From Escherichia coli (GTDB lineage Bacteria; Pseudomonadota; Gammaproteobacteria; Enterobacterales; Enterobacteriaceae), in the NCBI RefSeq assembly GCF_003334405.1, contig NZ_QOWM01000061.1: 604 nucleotides of DNA, one strand, 5' to 3'. This document shows positions 1 through 604 of this stretch, piece by piece. The first letter of the stretch is position 1. Each line of letters begins with the position of its first letter. Position numbers and translations under genes: made by a program. The notes beneath the pieces are model-generated. The model was not told the DNA's origin and searched no databases. It saw nothing but the letters and a program-made list of their open reading frames with translations.

Positions 1-1
1 T

Positions 2-77
2 TGGTGGGTCGTGCAGGATTCGAACCTGCGACCAATTGATTAAAAGTCAACTGCTCTACCAACTGAGCTAACGACCC
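2..77 (-). tRNA. lysZ: tRNA-Lys, anticodon UUU, 76 nt with encoded 3' CCA
   Basis: Identical to the other two tRNA-Lys copies and separated from the copy at 224-299 by a 146-nt spacer. The paralog name is inferred from position. The window ends 1 nt past the 3' CCA, so the downstream context is not visible. Confidence 0.96.
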
Positions 78-125
78 ATACGGGTGTTACCTGAAAGATT
101 TTTACTCGGGGCCAATCTTTAAGAT

Positions 126-142
126 TGGTGGGTCGTGCAGGA
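126..142 (-). other. Orphan 17-nt copy of the tRNA-Lys 3' terminus (T-stem 3' half, acceptor 3' half, ACCA)
   Basis: The plus-strand string tggtgggtcgtgcagga is identical to the first 17 nt of each tRNA-Lys at 2, 224 and 528. Similarity to the tRNA stops abruptly after this 17-mer, where the sequence continues tgactcgc instead of ttcgaacc. Confidence 0.85.
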
Positions 143-168
143 TGACTCGCTTCGCTCGCCCTACGGGC

Positions 169-184
169 CGTTGCTGGCGCAACG
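169..184 (-). other. Predicted short GC-rich hairpin (6-bp stem, 4-nt loop)
   Basis: Plus strand cgttgc (169-174), loop tggc (175-178), gcaacg (179-184) form a perfect inverted repeat. Confidence 0.35.
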
Positions 185-197
185 TTATCCTTCACGC

Positions 198-220
198 TTA
201 ACATCTGAGTTTGATGTTAA
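198..220 (-). other. Predicted RNA hairpin in the tRNA-Lys 3' trailer (8-bp stem, 7-nt loop)
   Basis: Plus strand ttaacatc (198-205), loop tgagttt (206-212), gatgttaa (213-220) form a perfect inverted repeat. In transcript sense this is CCA-GUU-UUAACAUC-AAACUCA-GAUGUUAA, starting 3 nt after the CCA. No U-tract follows, so it is not an intrinsic terminator. Confidence 0.5.
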
Positions 221-223
221 AAC

Positions 224-299
224 TGGTGGGTCGTGCAGGATTCGAACCTGCGACCAATTGATTAAAAGTCAACTGCTCTACCAACTGAGCTAACGACCC
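224..299 (-). tRNA. lysY: tRNA-Lys, anticodon UUU, 76 nt with encoded 3' CCA
   Basis: Identical base for base to the tRNA-Lys copies at 528-603 and 2-77. Its 5' end lies 3 nt downstream (in transcript sense) of the tRNA-Val 3' CCA. The paralog name is inferred from position. Confidence 0.97.
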
Positions 300-302
300 G
301 AG

Positions 303-378
303 TGGTGGGTGATGACGGGATCGAACCGCCGACCCCCTCCTTGTAAGGGAGGTGCTCTCCCAGCTGAGCTAATCACCC
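303..378 (-). tRNA. valZ: tRNA-Val, anticodon UAC, 76 nt with encoded 3' CCA
   Basis: Reverse complement reads GGGTGATTAGCTCAGCTGGGAGAGCACCTCCCTTACAAGGAGGGGGTCGGCGGTTCGATCCCGTCATCACCCACCA, with anticodon stem CCTCC/GGAGG, loop CUUACAA and T-loop TTCGAT. It matches E. coli-type tRNA-Val(UAC) as I recall it. The paralog name is inferred from the flanking gaps of 149 nt and 3 nt. Confidence 0.96.
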
Positions 379-429
379 GATACTGCGCTGGATACTACAA
401 ACTACTTCCACCGAACCCACCGTCATTAG

Positions 430-446
430 TGGTGGGTCGTGCAGGA
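430..446 (-). other. Orphan 17-nt copy of the tRNA-Lys 3' terminus (T-stem 3' half, acceptor 3' half, ACCA)
   Basis: Exact 17-mer tggtgggtcgtgcagga, followed by the same non-tRNA sequence as at 143 onward. Confidence 0.85.
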
Positions 447-472
447 TGACTCGCTTCGCTCGCCCTACGGGC

Positions 473-488
473 CGTTGCTGACGCAACG
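473..488 (-). other. Predicted short GC-rich hairpin (6-bp stem, 4-nt loop)
   Basis: Same stem as 169-184 (cgttgc / gcaacg) with loop tgac; the single difference from copy A is in the loop (a481 versus g177). Confidence 0.35.
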
Positions 489-501
489 TTATCCTACACG
501 C

Positions 502-524
502 TTAACATCTGTCTTCGATGTTAA
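502..524 (-). other. Predicted RNA hairpin in the tRNA-Lys 3' trailer (8-bp stem, 7-nt loop)
   Basis: Same stem as 198-220 (ttaacatc / gatgttaa), but the loop is tgtcttc and differs at 3 of 7 positions. The stem is unchanged. Confidence 0.5.
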
Positions 525-527
525 AAC

Positions 528-603
528 TGGTGGGTCGTGCAGGATTCGAACCTGCGACCAATTGATTAAAAGTCAACTGCTCTACCAACTGAGCTAACGA
601 CCC
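528..603 (-). tRNA. lysW: tRNA-Lys, anticodon UUU, 76 nt with encoded 3' CCA
   Basis: Reverse complement reads GGGTCGTTAGCTCAGTTGGTAGAGCAGTTGACTTTTAATCAATTGGTCGCAGGTTCGAATCCTGCACGACCCACCA, which matches enterobacterial tRNA-Lys(UUU) as I recall it, with a 7-bp acceptor stem, anticodon loop CUUUUAA and T-loop TTCGAAT. The paralog name is inferred from the 149-nt gap to the downstream tRNA-Val and is less certain than the tRNA call. Confidence 0.97.
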
Positions 604-604
604 G

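Larger units (their letters stand above)
126..223 (-). repeat. 98-bp inter-tRNA spacer module, copy A (lysY-lysZ spacer)
   Basis: Aligns without gaps to 430-527 with 93/98 identities; the mismatches are at 177/481, 192/496, 208/512, 209/513 and 212/516. In transcript sense it starts directly after the tRNA-Lys CCA and ends with a 17-nt copy of the tRNA-Lys 3' terminus. Confidence 0.9.
430..527 (-). repeat. 98-bp inter-tRNA spacer module, copy B (lysW-valZ spacer)
   Basis: Second copy of the module at 126-223 with 93/98 identities, in the same position relative to the upstream tRNA-Lys. Confidence 0.9.

Noticed and set aside
78-125. Possible internal promoter in the AT-rich leader before the tRNA-Lys at 2-77 (a TAAAAA-like -10 in transcript sense)
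   Set aside because: There is no acceptable -35 hexamer at 16-18 bp spacing and no UP-element or discriminator pattern typical of stable-RNA promoters. The tRNAs are most simply co-transcribed from a promoter upstream of the window, beyond position 604 in sense.
126-142. Phage or genomic-island attachment site (attL/attR) marked by a duplicated tRNA 3' end
   Set aside because: The orphan 17-mer recurs in each spacer module and is followed about 50 nt later by another tRNA gene, not by island DNA. No integrase or other coding sequence fits in the window. I cannot exclude an ancient integrase-mediated origin, but there is no current mobile element here.
143-202. Plus-strand mini-ORF (ATG at 143, 19 codons, stop TAA at 200-202), with an equivalent at 447-506
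   Set aside because: It is antisense to the tRNA operon, only 19 codons long, and has no properly spaced ribosome-binding site, since AGGA abuts the ATG with no gap. It lies entirely inside a region better explained as structured pre-tRNA spacer.
198-220. Rho-independent terminator
   Set aside because: The hairpin is perfect but AT-rich, and in transcript sense it is followed by GCGUGAAGG and not by a U-tract. Three more tRNA genes of the same operon also lie downstream. It is more plausibly a processing or stability hairpin.
126-223. REP or BIME-type extragenic palindromic element
   Set aside because: The GC-rich palindromic portion (gccctacgggccgttgctggcgcaacg) does not match the REP consensus as I recall it. 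The element is tied to a tRNA trailer and ends in a tRNA-derived 17-mer, which is not REP-like.
1-604. CRISPR-like look of regularly spaced identical repeats separated by different spacers
   Set aside because: The repeated units are 76-nt tRNA genes with full cloverleaf features and a 98-bp module, not 24-48-bp repeats. The spacers are themselves repeated and the spacing is irregular (3, 146 and 149 nt). This is a tandem tRNA operon.

Overview
This 604-bp window is non-coding and consists of four tandem tRNA genes on the minus strand, separated by structured spacers; I see no evidence of a novel system. In transcript order (high to low coordinate) the genes are tRNA-Lys(UUU) 603..528, tRNA-Val(UAC) 378..303, tRNA-Lys(UUU) 299..224 and tRNA-Lys(UUU) 77..2, each 76 nt with an encoded CCA. 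The three tRNA-Lys copies are identical. The gaps of 149, 3 and 146 nt match my recollection of the lysW-valZ-lysY-lysZ segment of the enterobacterial lysT-valT-lysW-valZ-lysY-lysZ-lysQ operon, read here in reverse complement; the paralog names are therefore an inference from spacing, not a database result. The two long spacers each contain a 98-bp module (126-223 and 430-527) that is 93/98 identical between copies. Each module starts 3 nt after the tRNA-Lys CCA with a hairpin and ends with an exact orphan copy of the last 17 nt of tRNA-Lys. Four of the five substitutions between the copies fall in predicted hairpin loops while the stems are unchanged, which is the most interesting signal in the window. 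The region is too short and too full of tRNA to hold a protein-coding gene.
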